Shown in pieces: positions 62,455 to 64,000 of a stretch of DNA of 64,000 nt (within the stretch, counting starts at the first letter, position 1; each line of letters opens with the position of its first letter). The DNA lies in the NCBI GenBank assembly GCA_030324005.1, contig JARDVH010000097.1:63362674-63426673 (forward strand), read 5' to 3'. The DNA is from Negaprion brevirostris (lineage: Eukaryota). The translations under genes and the position numbers were made by a program. The notes under the pieces were generated by a model, which was given only the letters and a program-made list of their open reading frames with translations, was not told the origin of the DNA and ran no database searches.

Positions 62455-64000
62455 AAAGATTTGAGTTATTGTCACATGTATTGGGATACAATGAAAAGTA
62501 TTGTTTCTTGCGTGCTGTTCGGACAAAACATATGTTCATAGAGTCCATAGGAGAGAAAGAAAGGATAGGGTGCAAAATATAGTTTTGCAGTTACAGATAG
62601 GGTGAAGAGAAAGATCAGCTTAATATTTAATAGGACCTTTCAAAAGTCTGATGGCAGCAGGAAAGAAGCTGTTCTTGAGTCATTCGATACGTTTTCAGAC
62701 TTTTATATCTTTTTCTCAATGGAAGAAGGTGGAAGAGAATATGTCTGGGGTTCAGGGGATCCTTGATTATAGAAACATAGAAGATAGGAGCAGGGGAAGG
62801 CCATTTGGCCCTTCAAGCCTGCTCTGCCATTTATTATGATTATGGCTGATCATCCAACTCAATAACCTAATCCTGTTTTTTTCCCCATAACCTTTGACTC
62901 CATTTACCCCAAGTGCTATATCCAGCCACCTCTTAAATACATTCAATGTTTTGGAATCAAATACTTCTTGTGGTAATGAATTCCACAGGCTCACCGCTCT
63001 TTGGGTGAAGCAATGTTTCCTTACCTCATCCTAAATGGTCTACCCTGAATCCTCAGACTATGACCCCTGGTTCTGGACTCTGCCACCATCTGGAATATCC
63101 TCCCTGCATCTACCCTGTCTAGTCCTGTTAGAATTTTATAAGTCTCTATGAGATTCCCCCCTCATTCGTCTGAACTCCAGCAAAAACATTCCTAACTTCA
63201 TCAATCTCTCCTCATACCTCAGTCCCGCCATCTCCAGAATTAGCCTGGTAAATCTTTTCTGCATTCCCTTGAGAGCAAGAACATCCTTTCTCAGAAAAGG
63301 AGACCAAAACTGCAGGCAATACTCTAAGTGTGGCCTCACCAATGCCTTATAGAATTGCAACAACACATCCCTGCTGTTATACTCAAAACCTCTTGCAAAG
63401 AAGGCCAACATGCCATTTGCCTTCTTTACCGCCTGCTACGCCTGCATACTTACCTTCAGTGACAGGTGCACAAGTCAATTGTCCAGATTATTTTGAAAGA
63501 TCTCTGCATCCTCATCACAGTTCACCCTCCTACCCAACTTGTTATCATCTGCAAACTTTTGAGATGTTACATTTTGTTCCCTCACCCAAATCATTAATAT
63601 ATATTGTGAACAGCTGGAGTCCCAGCACTGATCCCTGCCAATTTGAAAAGCGTTCATTAATTCCTACTCTTTGTTTCCTCTCTGTCAACCAGTTTTCTAT
63701 TCATCTCAATACACTTCCCTCAATCCCATGCGCTTTAATCTTGCACGATAATCTCTTTGGACTTTGTCAAACGTTTTTTTGAAATGCAGGACTTTGTCAA
63801 ATGTTTTTTGAAAGTCCAAATATACCACATGGAATGGCTCCCCCTTGTCTGGCTGCTGGCTGCTTTCCCGAGACAGCGGGATGTATGGACGGATTTAATG
63901 GATAGTAGGCTAGTTTACATGATGGACTGGGCTATGTTCACAACCCTTTGTAGTTTCTTGCAGTCTTGGTCAGAGCAGAAACCATGCCAAGCTGTGAATC
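62455..64000 (-). mobile_element. Rex1/Babar-like LINE 3' end, split by a CR1 insertion
   Basis: 3' tail ttattgtcacatgta…gaaaag, then aagaagctgttcttga…ccttgattat; resumes at ~63853 (gctggctgctttcccgag…ttgtagtttcttg…cagagca…ccaagctgtga). Confidence 0.7.
62770..63850 (-). mobile_element. HER1/CR1 LINE 3' ~1.1 kb
   Basis: MLAFFARGFEYNSRDVLLQFYKALVRPHLEYCLQFWSPFLRKDVLAL…, KFADDNKLG, WNSLPQE; tail tagaaacatagaagataggagcagg. Confidence 0.92.

Noticed and set aside
63136-63657. Functional reverse transcriptase gene
   Set aside because: Truncated, frameshifted CR1 ORF2 remnant

Overview
This is vertebrate, not prokaryotic, DNA. It is AT-rich, CpG-poor and full of repeats typical of elasmobranchs (shark or ray): HE1/V-SINEs, HER1/CR1 LINEs, SacSINE1-type Deu-SINEs, L2, Rex1/Babar, RTE and Penelope-like fragments, and many non-autonomous TIR elements. 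It is a draft assembly with many N gaps, several of them exactly 100 N. I could not identify any host protein-coding gene, tRNA, rRNA or CRISPR array. Most listed ORFs are chance ORFs, gap-spanning artefacts or decayed retroelement ORF2 pieces. The window looks like a large intron or gene desert. Points worth a second look: (1) a ~70-bp-period array of TGACAG/TTTATGA motifs next to a perfect PBX-MEIS decamer; (2) a three-level nested insertion; (3) decayed hammerhead-ribozyme cores in Penelope-type terminal repeats; (4) V-SINEs carrying two different LINE-type tails; (5) a few candidate unannotated + strand exons. I found no convincing evidence of a wholly new biological system. Repeat family names come from recalled consensus motifs, not a database search, and boundaries are approximate.
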